Below are positions 10,901 to 23,934 of a stretch of 64,000 nucleotides of DNA, in pieces. Origin of the DNA: Daphnia carinata (Eukaryota); contig NC_081331.1 in assembly GCF_022539665.2 (NCBI RefSeq), positions 12,586,001 to 12,650,000 on the forward strand. Reading direction: 5' to 3'. The first letter of the stretch is position 1. Every line of letters begins with the position of its first letter. The notes under the pieces were generated by a model. That model was given only the letters and a program-made list of their open reading frames with translations, did no database searches and was not told the origin of the DNA. A program made the position numbers and the translations under genes.

Positions 10901-13900
10901 AAAACGAACATTAGAGAACGGAATTTTAGTTGATTAGAACTCTAAAATTCATTGCTTTATTTTTTTTACGAGACGACAAATGATAATGTACGTATATAAA
11001 TAATGTCATTCATTCATTCAAAAAACAAAACAAAACAAAACTTGCATCCAAAGCAGGTTTTGAATGAAGATCAATGAAAGCATTTGTTTCAGTTTCTTTT
11101 TCACTTGGATTGCGTCAAACAAAAAAAAATACTGGGATATTGTATGGAACGTGGACGAAAATGAAGGGATGTTGCTCTGTGCGTGTCTACGTTGAGTGCA
11201 AGATGAAAAAGAAAAAAAAAAAAAAAAAAAAAATGCGAACTGAAAATAATATTATTGAGAGTCGGAAAGATTTGCTTTGATGGCGTTCGCAGTGACGGCT
11301 ATAATGGACGGAGCGCACACCCAGCGCGAGAAATAATGATTCGGATGCAGCCAAGCGTCCAGTCAGTCTGGCCCGCTGCTGTGCGGCTTCAAATATACAT
11401 CACTGGCTACGTGTGTGTGTGTGTGTGTGTGTGTGTGGATAAAAGCGGTCGTCACATCACAGCCCATTGAAAGATATATACACGCACATATAGAAAGAAA
11501 AAAAAAAAAAACGATGGGAAATGAAATTACGTGCGCCGAAAAAAAGATGGGACCTTTCCCGAATCAAACTCTATACGTCCTAAATATCTGTGGTCCCCAA
11601 CAAACTGCCCGCGTTCATTGTTTGTTATATTTATTACTTGCGAAAGAGTTTTTTTTTTTTCTTCTTTTCCCTGCCTATATCTACCCTCGGTCTATGGTTA
11701 TAGACTGTTTTGATATGCAACGAGGCGATGATGGTGCGGATAAAAAGGGAATATCGTTTGTGTGTGCTGTGTGGAGGGGTTGTGTGCATGAGACTATATC
11801 CATTACGGTGATTGCGGTGCCGCCGTGCATACTAGCGTCTATACAACATCATCTGGAAAGAATAAGAAAGGGCTCTCTCTTTCTCTCTTTTGTGAGCATC
11901 AAGCAGAGAACTGGCCGGAGAAAAGAAGAGAGAACCCCACAGTCCATTTAGACGATGAGTTTTTATCGATTAGAGAGAGAAACGAGAATGTTCAACTCTC
12001 TACGTAGACCCCAAGCCTTTATAGCTGTCGAGCACTACAATCATCAGGTTGCCCTCGTTTTTGTTCGTCGATACTCTCTTACAGCGCCGTCCGCCTCCAT
12101 TATGCACACACACACAATTTCCCCGTGAAAAAGAAAAAAAATGATATTCTTTTACATTTGCTTTTACTCTATCATTTAGATATTTTTTTTTTTTAGGAAA
12201 GGTGGTTATCATCCAATTATCTCGCGTACTTATTTTTTTTTTTCTTTCTTACTCTCGCGTTTGAAGCCTACGACGAACGCGGGGGGAGGGCCTACTCTTC
12301 TTTCATTTGTAACCAACGACGTGAATAAAAAAAAAAAAAAAAAAAAGGGCAAAACTATCTGAATGAAAATTCTGGCGAGAAATAGGGAGACGTAGCTATC
12401 GAGATCGGATTCCTCACTTCAATTGGATCCGACGAGTCGTCGTGTGCATGCGGATGATGATGGATATTACGCGCGTGCTGGTGTTCCATCATCGTCCGTA
12501 TGTGGTAGTAGGTGTTGCAATTGTTCGGGGCTGTGTAGTCGGGTAGATGGTGATGGTGGTGGCCTACCTTCTCTTGCTGCTGGATCTGCTTCATCAGGAT
12601 GGCTTTCTTCTTGTCCTTGCAGCGCTTGTTCTGGAACCAGACCCGGATGACGCGCGGCGACAGTCCAGTCATCTCCACCAGCTGCTCCTTCATCAGAGCG
12701 TCGGGACGCGGGTTGGCCGCGTAGCAGGTGCGCAGAGTGTGCAGCTGTTTCTCGTTCAACACCGTCCGGACCCGAGTCGGTTTGCCGTCAGAGCCGCCGC
12801 CGCCGCCCGAGACGCCCGAGCCGCCGACGCCGCCAACTCCGCGATCGCCTTTGCTGTTGCCGGCGCCTCGCGATCTTTCGCCGCTCTCCTTCCGCGTCGA
12901 CGTCGTGATGCAAGTATCGGAACTGTCTGTTAAATGAAACCATTGAACATTTTTATTTGCGATTGCCACGTTAACTTTAAAATTTCTTAAGATAGAAATA
13001 ATAAAAGCGAAGATGGAAAGCGGGACTGAAAACAAAAATTGAATTAAAGTCTATTTGAAAAAATATCAATATATCCTAAATCAATAAGATGAAAACGTTT
13101 GTGGTTGCGGTACGGAACTGCGTCAATACATTGCGGCATGAACTGACCGGCTGCCCCCCCCCCCCTCTGGTTTGCTGTCACTGGATAGCCTTAAGTCAAC
13201 ATATTGACGCTGCTCCAATATTTGTAATAGAGCCGAGCTATATGGCCCGGCTAGATATACATACATCATGTTCAAACGTCCATATTTTTTTTTTTTTTTT
13301 TTATAAATTTCAATTCTTTTCTTTTCTTGTTTTACTTTTTCATATGATCGCTTAGGCGCACGGCCGTTCAAATTAGCATATTATGTAAGCAAATTCTATA
13401 GACAAAAGATTAGGGGGCTATACAGGTGAGCCAATATTTATAGCCGGCCATACCGTTCCATTTTGTCTGCTGGCGTCAGTCTCACAAAGTTGGCGTGACT
13501 ATCCGATGACGCCCCGACTAAACAACTCGACTAATGTGTTAATTTCCCCTTCCAGCAAATGACGGATAGCAAAAGGGCAAGACTGTTCTCCTCTATATAG
13601 ATCCAACCCTTTTGGTCTCGCCATTATCGATGCACGTACAAACAATAAAAATGACTCCCTACTGACTTCTTTTGGAGGGGGGGGGGGCACTGCTGATTAT
13701 ATGCGTTCCAATGTCTTAGGGATCGCCGTATTATTCAATCGTATGACAAACAAATAAAAGCCACTAGAGACATATATCGAACGACGATACTCAGTGGCTT
13801 CGTGATGAATTCGAGGCGGATGTCGATCTCCTCATTTCTAACCCCTCTCTTTTTTTTTTATACTATGGTTGCACCCTCTACACGTTTCGCTCTTGAGCAT

Positions 13901-15192
13901 ATAGAACAGCCAGTCACGGTTACAAGTTTGCCCTGCTGCGGGTAGAAGGTGAACTCCCAACAGGCCCACAAAAACGCAACGGGTCTCCTATGAAACTGAC
14001 GCGGTGAGGTACGGCTGCGAGCCCTACCGAAAAATGGGGAAAACCCCACAAACACAACTAATGGTTGGACGACACGCCAAAGTTCTCCCGAAGGATCACA
14101 TCACACACAACCCCTCTAAACCCTACACACAAAGAGCCAAAAAAAAAAAAAAAAAAATATATATATATACTGTATTATATATCCAACATTTATAGCTGTA
14201 TATATTTATTCCCTGGTGTAGCTGGATCACGAGAGTAGGGGGCGGAAGGCCTATGTGTATTTACTTCTTGCGTTATTAGGCTGTTGTTGCGTATGTATCT
14301 AAAAAAAAAACCTTACGCTGGCTAGCCTCATTTGCGGTCGTTCTCCCTTTGCTCTAACTCAGTTTTCACACTTTTCTCTCTTGTGTTTCATTCAATTATG
14401 AATCCCTTCTTTATTCGGCTTCGTGCGACAAACAAAAGATCTTCATTTATCATTTTTTTTTTTTTTTTAACTACATTTCGTGTGACTCGTTCATTCGGAT
14501 GAGTAGCTCGTTCAATCGCAAACGAGCGGCCAACGCTTTTTGGATTTTCCTGTTCATAGATAACTTTCAAAAAGTCAACAAGCGCCGCTGTTGGGCACGC
14601 CGAATTCTCCTCCCAATCTCGAAATCCTTTGCATATCGCGAAGGGGGGGGGGGGGGACTTGTCACTAGCCAAAATTTAAATAAGGAGATGGGTAAGGGTT
14701 GCGTTTGTGTATCGTGAAATAAAAAAAAAAACAAACGCTTTGCAACTGGTTTTTGCGTAGCTATTCAACGAACGAAGGTCAATAAACAAAAATTGTGATC
14801 GATTCTTTTATAGCACAAATTCAGGCGATTTCGGAACGAATAATAAAAAAATAGAATCACCGATTTTTCACGACGCAATTTCTTGTTTTGTCTGTCCTAT
14901 TTCTCAACGGAACAAGAAATGCCAAACATTTGCTTCGCGTTATTTAGCCTTGAATATATGCGATTATTGTTAGATACAATGGCGAGTAAGAAAATGAGAG
15001 TTTTGATTGATGTACAGGTTTCTTTGATTTCAAAACAAGGTGGCACTGTTCCCTATCATGGCTTTCACGATCCAGTTTTCCTTTCCAACCTCGCTCTAAA
15101 CTCAATAGCTAAAAGAGAATTAAAAATTCATAAACAAAAGAAAAAAAAAGAGTTCCTACAAATTAGACTATACCCAAACTGGCTATCTAATT

Positions 15193-15225
<33 letters not shown>

Positions 15226-18200
15226 CGCTTTTCTATGGACTCAATAAGTGTCGATGATGATGACGGTTGTGCATGGGAAACATTCAAAGCTGCTGCGGGC
15301 ATTGCGAATATTCAACGCGCGGCCATACCCCATTCCAAACTGTTTTAATTCGCCCCAACGAGAAAAGAAACATCCGCGCAATTTTCGCAACGACAACAAA
15401 AGCACCATCAGCGTAGGGATACGTATACAACTTCTTAATGCATCTGCCATACTTTCGTCTATTCAAAACGGACAAACGAGCGCGTGTGTACATGCAAATC
15501 TGCTCTTTATTATTGCCATAAAGCAACAAGAAAAAACATTCTTTTTCTCAGCTACAGGATTTTTGGAAAGGATCCCATTTTCTATCAACGGAAATATGCG
15601 CTCTTATTGTGCCGATTGAGAAAGATCCCCCACAACCCCTCTACTACGCAAACTGCGTATCTTACTCGAATGCCATTAAAGTCATAAATACATGTAGGCT
15701 TGATCGACACTTCCGCAGTTGGGCCGGAGGAAGACATCGAGCAAATGAATAGTATTCCGGCATTGTTGGAAGAAGAAGAAGAAGAAGAAAATATCATTTG
15801 CATATGAAACGGAAATGATTTTGTCAGAAGAAAAAAAAAAAAGCACGCGATTCGACTGCGGAAAAAAAAAAGGACAAAAATAACGAATGACGGGATATAA
15901 ATAAATAATAAAAAAAAAAAAAAAAAAGAGGAAGAAATTGAGAGAAAGTGAACTGTTTGTGTGTGTGTGTGTGTGTGTGATGCTCCGGCGCCGGCGCGCG
16001 CGCTCTCAGAGCAGTTTCAAAGCTTTTAGCTAGATTAGCTCAGGCACACACACACACACACACACACATAAGCTATATAGAAGCTTCTTCCCCCTTTTTT
16101 TTTCTTCTTCTTCTTCTTCTTTTCCCCCCTCTTTATCCTCCCCTCGTATAGGATGAAGGGAAAAAAAAAAAAAAGTCTTCAAAGTCTTTTACCTCCGAAA
16201 TGAATAAAAAATAAATAAACATTTTTTTTTTTTCTTTCTTTAATATCTTTCCCAACTCGACAACTCCCCTTTCTATATTATAGTTTATCAACTCTACGTC
16301 ACGCATAGTACTTTAGTGTGCTGCAGCGGAACAAGAGGATACCCCTACGTTTCGGAGCTCTCGCGGGATTTTCAAACTTGCAGACGCAAACAAAGTTCAA
16401 AACTACTTGGCCTCGCTGCTCGAAGTTTCGTATAAAAATAATGAAGTGGAGAAGAAAAGCGTTTCACTTAACTACCTTATGATATTAAATCTCGAATTGA
16501 AAACGTTATACTTAAACGTACAGGCATTAAAGGAGAGCAAACTTCGACTCCCACCCAATCTGGCACTGCGACTTCCAGATTTCGTATACGATGTACAATA
16601 GTACAAGTAGTCCTACAACCAATAATAACGTTTCCCATTCTTGGAATCGAAAAATACAATGTTAGACACTATATACGGATCTACACACAAACGGTAGGCA
16701 ACCAGTTTTGCTTTCCCCCGTTTGACGGTCGTACAGGGAAAAGAAGCCTTCAAAATCAGAAGCTCTCTTCCTCAGTTAATCGACTTCTTTAGAAAAAAAA
16801 AACAAAAAAACACATACTATTTTTATCGGTAGACCTACAGAGACACAGATCGAGTCGCCTCTAACATGGCCATCGGACCATATTTATATATACGAACGTT
16901 CTGCATCCCCCCAGACATAACGCGTTTATCGACAGCCCACAATTTAAGGATAACAGTGGCTTCAAAGTAATCCATCGATTACGGACGATCACTGTGGTAG
17001 GCCAAATTGTTGGACAATTTTTTATTTTTTTCGATTCAATAAACGTTCCCATTCTTAAGCAAAACACCCAACACGTTGAACATTTCAAACAGCACATTGT
17101 ACCAAATCAAAGATTGAATCAGTTTGGGCTTACCAGAATGGGAATCGTTGCTATTTGCTCGACTGTGTCGTCCACTGCTCGACTCTGCAAATATTATACG
17201 GTTTGAATTTAGTTTTTTTTTTTTTTTTTTTTGGCCAATCAAATAAACATACACACAAAATCGAAAGCCACAAATGCAAATCATTTTCTTTATATATAAG
17301 ACTTACTGTGGCTTTTGATGCTGCTGTTGCTGATTGGCAGGAAGGAGACGGTGCCACTGCTGCTGTTGCTACTCTGATTGTGGTGTTCACTTTTGGCCTC
17401 TAACAGCATCAACGACGAGCTCGTCTGGCTGTTGTGGTGGTGATGATGGCCGTGATGGCCGTGGTGGTGAAGATGAGGATTCTGGTGGTTATTGTTGTTA
17501 TTCTGACTGCTACTGTTGTTGTTATTGTTGGTACTGTTGTTATTGTTGGTCTGGTCGTGATCGTCCTTGCAGAAGAGATTGCCGTCGTCTCGCAGCGCAA
17601 ATTCGTCGCCGGGCACCAGTTGGCGTTGGCACAGGGCGCACCGGAAACACTCGATGTGGTAGATCTTGCTCTTGGCTCGCATCACAAAATCAGACCGGCT
17701 GAAACCCAGACCGCACTTGTCGCACTTGGCACCAAATAATCTGCCACCGCCAACAACAAACAATCGTTAAATCAACAACGCACTATCACATGAAATTTTT
17801 CTTTATTTTTAATTCATTATTACACTCATTTTTATAATTATCTTAATTAGACGGGAAGAAAGAATTAAAATAGAGGGCACTACTTTACCTGACGTAATCT
17901 CTGCGGCAAAACGTCTTGCCATCGCGGACGAAACACGTGCAATTCTCGTCGAGTAAGACGCCGCATTCGACGCATTTGAGGCAGGAGGCGTGCCATTCGA
18001 GATCGGGGGCCACTCTAAGAATGTACTGGTCCTGGATGGGTGAACCACATCCGACGCATAAACTGCCCGTGCCGTTATTGATTGCTCCGCTGGTGCTGGT
18101 CGACACGGCCGAAGCGCGGATCGGTCCCGGTATGGAAGACGGGACGATGGGCCCCGTGCCGACGGACACGGCGGCGGCCACAGTGACGGACGAATGATGT

Positions 18201-18249
18201 TGTTGCAGCGGATGATGGTGCAGATGATGGTGATGCTGCCCTCCACCTA
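3623..18249 (-). CDS. tup: Islet/tailup LIM-homeodomain transcription factor; coding exons 18249(or 18246)-17889, 17740-17307, 12926-12568, 10766-10509, 3931-3623; first (ATG) exon not located
   Basis: Two LIM domains ([29 protein letters not shown]...; [29 protein letters not shown]...). Islet-class homeodomain [57 protein letters not shown]. Islet-specific motif [11 protein letters not shown]. All junctions are GT-AG and phase-compatible (2, 1, 0, 0). Confidence 0.97.
10509..10766 (-). CDS. tup: islet exon: Lhx3/Lim3-binding domain and islet-specific domain
   Basis: Encodes [23 protein letters not shown]...[24 protein letters not shown]...FQQLINQ. Acceptor aaaaag|GAC, donor CAG|gtaagc. Confidence 0.92.
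12568..12926 (-). CDS. tup: islet homeodomain exon
   Basis: Acceptor ttaacag|AC, donor AAG|gtaggc. Contains a complete Islet-class homeodomain. Confidence 0.95.
15194..15223. repeat. (GA)15 microsatellite in islet intron
   Basis: Direct observation. Confidence 0.9.
15958..16068. repeat. Inverted microsatellite pair (TG)11 ... (CA)12 around a CpG-rich core
   Basis: (TG)11 at 15958-15979 and (CA)12 at 16045-16068. Confidence 0.9.
17307..17740 (-). CDS. tup: islet LIM2 exon with Asn/His/Ser-rich linker
   Basis: Acceptor ggcag|ATTATTT, donor CACA|gtaagt. Encodes [10 protein letters not shown]...[18 protein letters not shown]. Confidence 0.95.
17889..18249 (-). CDS. tup: islet LIM1 exon
   Basis: Tandem acceptor atCAGTAG, donor CAG|gtaaag. 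Encodes LCVGCG...[15 protein letters not shown]. No in-frame ATG, so a phase-1 upstream exon is required. Confidence 0.93.
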
Positions 18250-21200
18250 CTGATCCACAGCACAGGGTCACACACAAAAAATAAAATTATTGATCGTACA
18301 CAAGAATCTATTGGGGGTTTTAAATCTATACATCAATCACGTGTAAAAGTAGCTGCATTCTACTGGCGGAGATGCTCGATAAATCGGCATCATTCGTCTC
18401 AATTTTTCTTTTTCTATTTATTATTTAGGCTACATATAAAAGCAACACGAGCAGTTACGGAAATCAAGATCACGCCGGGGGAAAAAAGGGAGGGTGAAAT
18501 GGAGCAATAGGCCCCTCCACCTACACGCAAAAGGGGGAAAGAAAAAAAAAAAAAATGAAAACAACAAAATAGAAAATGATGAAACAAACGGCCATATTTG
18601 ATAGACTCTGGGTTTTTTTTTTCTCTTGTGTGATAAATGAATCCTGTTGATCTCTACCAGCTATAGAAGCAGTTCATCAATTTCCGTCTGATGTTAGCAG
18701 AGCGGCAGGCCTTTACAAGTCCGTCCAAGAATAGAACTTTATTACGTAACAGGCCTATATGGAGGTAAGCAGAAGTAATTGTCGTATAGAAAAATAATGT
18801 CGAAAAAAAAAAAAAAAGAAAAATTGCTGAGTCACATCATCAATAATGAACAGCGAGCAAGTCGGTGATGCGATGAAATATTCAGATGATAGCAAAAAAA
18901 AATAAAAAAACGCCTGGAAGGGAGGGGTTGATAAATAGGAGAGTGTCGACAACAACGCGGCCGGGTGTCCGCTTCTTCTTTTTTGAATCATCGTCGGGGT
19001 GTTCCCCATTTTGACGCGCCACCCTTGTTTTTCCGGCTAATTGCTGATGGGTCGTCCGTCTTTTTTTTTTTTTTTTTTCTATGCATATTCTCTGCCGATG
19101 TATTTGGGGGGGCTAGTGCACGCGCCGGTATAGCGCACCTAAATTTAAACTCATCTCCCTTTTTTTTTTGGGACCTATTGTGTGTGTTGTCAACCTTCCC
19201 CTTACACACCAGCCTCGCACACCTTTTTTTTTTTTTACCTTTTGTTCTCTCATCACCCGACCCCCCATCGAGAGGTAAAATAGGTGGGCTAAACAGCTGT
19301 CACCACGTCCTCTTTATTTTTTCGGCTATGCATTTTTTAATATCTCTTTTAATATAGACATATAGTGAAGATCAAAAGGGGTGTCCCCGACTTTCAATTA
19401 CATTCCACTGGATTTTTTTTTTCTTTTTAAATGATCGAATTTTAGTTTTTGAAAAGGAAAAAAGAAAATTGTTTTAGGGCATCATTCTTTTTTTTTTTTT
19501 GGGGGTTTTTTTCATGATCGGTTTTGCAATGGCGGCTATTTTTGTATCGATGTGACCGGTGTACTCGTATTTAGAGTGACTGCTGCATTGGTTGCGATGT
19601 GGACCACCTTGGTTGGCCGCTGGGTGACGTGCCAGCAGTCGAGGCGCCACTGTCAAGTTATGGACCTGATAAGCATCGCCCGCTCTTCCTCCCTTTTTTG
19701 TCTTTTGTTTTACTTTTCATTTATTTTTTTTTTTCTCTTCTTTTCTTATTTTGATGGCCAATAATCTATTTCATAACGATATCCATTTTTGTTCCCAAAA
19801 ATTTTTTCCTTTTTTCCTTCCCATAACTAATGGATTGTAATAATCGGAATTGCCGACGACATGGGCCTGCGAAATGTTTTCATCCATTTTTCCCATTTTC
19901 TTTCGGGATTTTTATTTCTTTTTTTTTTTTGAAATCAATTCTTTCTTTATCCAGTCGCGACGCCCCGACCTCAGGAAGTTCTCGATTTCATTCAAGTTCT
20001 TGATTTAAAAAAAATAAATTTCTAATCATTTTTTTTTTTTTTTTTTAGTCCCAACTTTGATAAAATCAATCACTCTCCTGTCCGAATACCAACCACAAAA
20101 ACAAAAACAAAAAAACAACCAACAGATAAGAAAATAGAAAAAATAAAGGGATATCTGGTTCACGACAAGGCTGGATACGTTTACACAGAATGACCACAAG
20201 CAGAGTCTGATTTTGTTGTGGTCTACATCAAACAGGACGGAATTCCCTTCATGTTTAATGCAACTATACTATACTATCCGAATGTTTCAGCCAAAAATTC
20301 AAAAGCTTATAACTAGCCCGCCTTTTTTTTTTCTAGCTCAACTCTTTTAAGTTCTGAAACATTTACAGCAGATTGATTCACTACGTACACGTTGTACGTT
20401 ATTTGGAGGAACGGCCATCTTATGAATTTGCATTACGCAGTGCACTACTGTGTGAGACACATCAATTGCGTTATAAATCCCCAAACAATTGAACTGAAAA
20501 GAAAACTGAACAAAAATAAAATAAAACTAAACAAAGCCGGCTGGCAAATCGGCTTATTCTCGTGTGTATATTATAGCCTATATGATACATATTCTAAATT
20601 CAATAACACGACGCATTATGCACGGTGAATGCAGTACCCACTTGACCGGTCCAACGGATTTAGCACTTTCTTGCACATCGGTATTGAATAATACGTTTGT
20701 TTGTTTTTTTTTGCCCCCAACACACTCGCTAGATAGTACAATTAATAAACGAGTTTATTTCTCTTCATTTAATGATCAACAATCCCTCGTTTTTACAAAC
20801 AAAACAGGGCAAAGAAAAAATATGTATAGGGACGCTGAACGAGAAAGTCGAATCGACGTCCGAATAGAATTTTTGGCAACAAAAATTTGAAACAAAAAAA
20901 AACAAAAAACAAAGAGACAAATAGAATTTGGCGAATCGTTGGCTCGGCATTGCTAAAAGATCGAACCGAGAGCTTTATACACACTGAATCAATGATCCCA
21001 CCTTAAAAAAAAAAAAAAAAAAAAAAAGACTGATGGCCAGCTGATCAAATGGACAGCAAAGGTCGTTTCCTTGCATATTAGAGCTTGCCTTGGCATGTTT
21101 TATGTTTAAACTCGGCTGTATGTTTTATAGCCATCCCGGCAAAACAGCAGCAAGATTCAAAACAGCGACATTGAAAGGGGGGGGGGGGGTGCTATTTGAA

Positions 21201-23689
21201 TGCTCCTTATTTCCACTTTTTCCTTATATTTCGAAACTGGGGAGCCAAACATTGGCCAGCTCTATTAAGTGTATACGGCGCATTATACAGCAAACGTTTC
21301 TGCGATGTAGGCCACGCATCGCGAACGATTTTGTGCAATCCAATTGCGCTATATTCGAACGTTTAGCGATTTTTTCTTTTTTAGCCGCAAACTTTGGGTA
21401 AAGTCGTTGATTTTATTTTTAGTCTGAAGGCGATACCCGACGGCATGCATTAAAATCACTCGCATTTAAAAAAAAAAGGGGGAGGAGGCCACCGACGACG
21501 CAAATCCGTTCGATTTTTGTTTTAAAATCTGTTTGTTTTGGCCGGTTGGCGGCCATACGGATAAACAGGGCAATCAATTAAGACAGTGAAATTTGCAAAG
21601 CCTAATGAACGCTAATGACATGGGTTCCATTAAAGTACCAACGATGTGCTTGTACGTGTAAAGAATAAGGTCAACTTACAGAGGAGGGGCTGCTGTTCCG
21701 TCTGCATCTCGGACTCGACGAGGACCAACGAGGGCGAAATTTTCGGGCCGCCGCAGCACTCGACCGGAGCACAATCTCAAGTGATCAGAACCGCTTCGAC
21801 ACACAAAGCAATACGTGGGGGAAGCAGGGATGAAGATTGTTTTCTAACAATTGCACAGAACCCTTGAAATGTAACTCTACTTGCGATCGGGGGATAGCAC
21901 GGCAAATCACTGGATGTAGGAGATGAATATATGAATTCACTCATATGCAAATGACATGTATATAGGCCTGACAATAGGCGAATACGTCCTGTTCATTCGT
22001 TTCAATCGCAAACGTAATCCTCGGCCTTGATTTTTTTTTTCCGACGGATAATTGCAAGAAATTCGCACGTTCTCTTACGTTGCGATCACAAAACAAACGC
22101 TTCGGCTTTGCTATAATTATGAATGCAAAATCACCGACAGGAAGCTCCACTATTTCTTAACGTGTCCCAAAAGCGAATCAAGAAAAACATCAAACGCTAA
22201 ATTCGGGTCTCGGAAAGTTGTTGTTGTTTCAAATGGATCACAGTTTGCGCGCCACATAAGAACAGTCAAGCAGACGAAGTTTTCTTCTTTATTCGGGACT
22301 CGTTCGTGATGAAGACGAGCCAAATTTCACAGAATTTAAAAAAAAAAAAACTGCAAAACAACTTGGATTGACCCCCCGAAAAAAAAAAAACGTTCACTTC
22401 TCTGAAGACGACACCGTACAGAAAAAAACAAACAAACAAACAAAATGAAACAGCCCGACGATGATGACAATATGCGGTGGCGATATGATGAATAAATAAT
22501 CGAAATGTCACTGGGGACAGAGTGACGTGAGGAACCGGACCGAAGCCACATCCAGCGGCGACTGCCCAGCCAGCAGGCGCCTAGTCCCCAAGTTACAACG
22601 AAAAAGTAAATGAAAAAAAAAAAAAAAAAAAAAGAAAAGAAAAAAAAAAAAAAGAAAAATACAAAGTTCCCGCCCCTCCCTCCTTTGCGAGCTCACCTTC
22701 GGTCGCCACCCCCTTCCGGGAGAGGAGGACAAGAGGAAACTGGAGGAGGAGTTTAGTTGAACAGGCTGATTGGTGAAATTCGTGCAGATGACGTGTAACT
22801 CCACCCTGTCTCTCGACTTTCCATTGGTGGTGAAGCTCCTCTTTCTTTTCCTTTTTTTTTTTCTTTTTATGCTTCTATCGTTCCTTTCGCTTCGTTTTTT
22901 TTTTTCTTTTTCATGTTGTTGTATTATTGTTATTTCCTTCTTCTTCTTTCTTTCTTTTTAATTTTCACGATCGATCCGTGATGCGCCAACGGTCTGGAAC
23001 CGTCTCTTCCCTCAAAGGCAAAATAAGAATTCGTTATTTTTTTCCTTTCCATTTTCTTTTTCTTTTGAAACATATAAAAAAGAAGGAATCGAGTCGTCTT
23101 TATACTAGGAGCCAAACACACAAACGTTATGCACCCGGATTCTCAATTCTTCGAATTTTTATTTTTTTAAATACGTAAGCTTTCGTACTGATTTCAGATG
23201 ATTGCTCTTCTCGTTCTCTTTTGAAATCTTCAATTCATTTTGAAAATAAACAAAATCCGGGTGGGATCGGCGTGACACGTGACTAAAGGCGTTGTATAGG
23301 CAATGGAGCTCATCATAGAGGCATTTAACTGTACACAAAGTCCTTATAACATCAACGATATATCGTTTGACAGCCGCCACGCAGCCTTCAAAACGAGACG
23401 AGAAGCAGCAACGGAAAAAAATAAAAAAAAAAGGAAAAAAAAAAAAACGGGCGGCGCGTCTGTGGGAAACTCTGAAAGTTCCGTTCGGGCCTGTTTTGAA
23501 CTTTGAAAATCTCAGCGTCTCACCCCCCTTTTCTTGAGAAGAGAAAAAAAAAAAAATGTAGTAAACTGGACATGCACTCGGCAATTGTGCCTTACAAGTT
23601 TGTATAGAAGCTCCGAACTTTTCGGCCTATATAGATCCAGTAGTCAAACTATGCAAGTCTATTACACATATATATAGCCGAAAATGCTT

Positions 23690-23723
23690 AGCTAATATTA
23701 GCCGAGCGGCTCCTCTATTTATA
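23690..23723 (-). promoter_or_regulatory. Candidate TATA + Inr-like core promoter, possibly for islet
   Basis: TATAAATA at 23723-23716 with TTAGCT (weak Inr-like; A at 23693) 30 nt downstream, pointing toward islet. A strong minus-strand donor AAG|gtgagc lies at 22697. Motif-only evidence. Confidence 0.25.
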
Positions 23724-23901
23724 CACGCACGAAAGATGTAGAGGGAGCGTGATGTGAAGAAAGAGAATCAACAGACACACAGCTCGAGGAGGCAGGAAAA
23801 AAAAAAGGTCAAAGGTCGAGCAGTCTATAGCGTTTAGCGAGCGGCTGTCAATGACGTTTGGGAAAAGCGGCGGCGTGTGTTTCTCGCAGGGAGCGTCCGA
23901 A

Positions 23902-23934
<33 letters not shown>

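Noticed and set aside
18755..19009. ORF MGNTPTMIQKRR... with good ATG context as islet exon 1
   Set aside because: No suitable phase-1 donor was found, and there is no convincing similarity to Islet N-termini.
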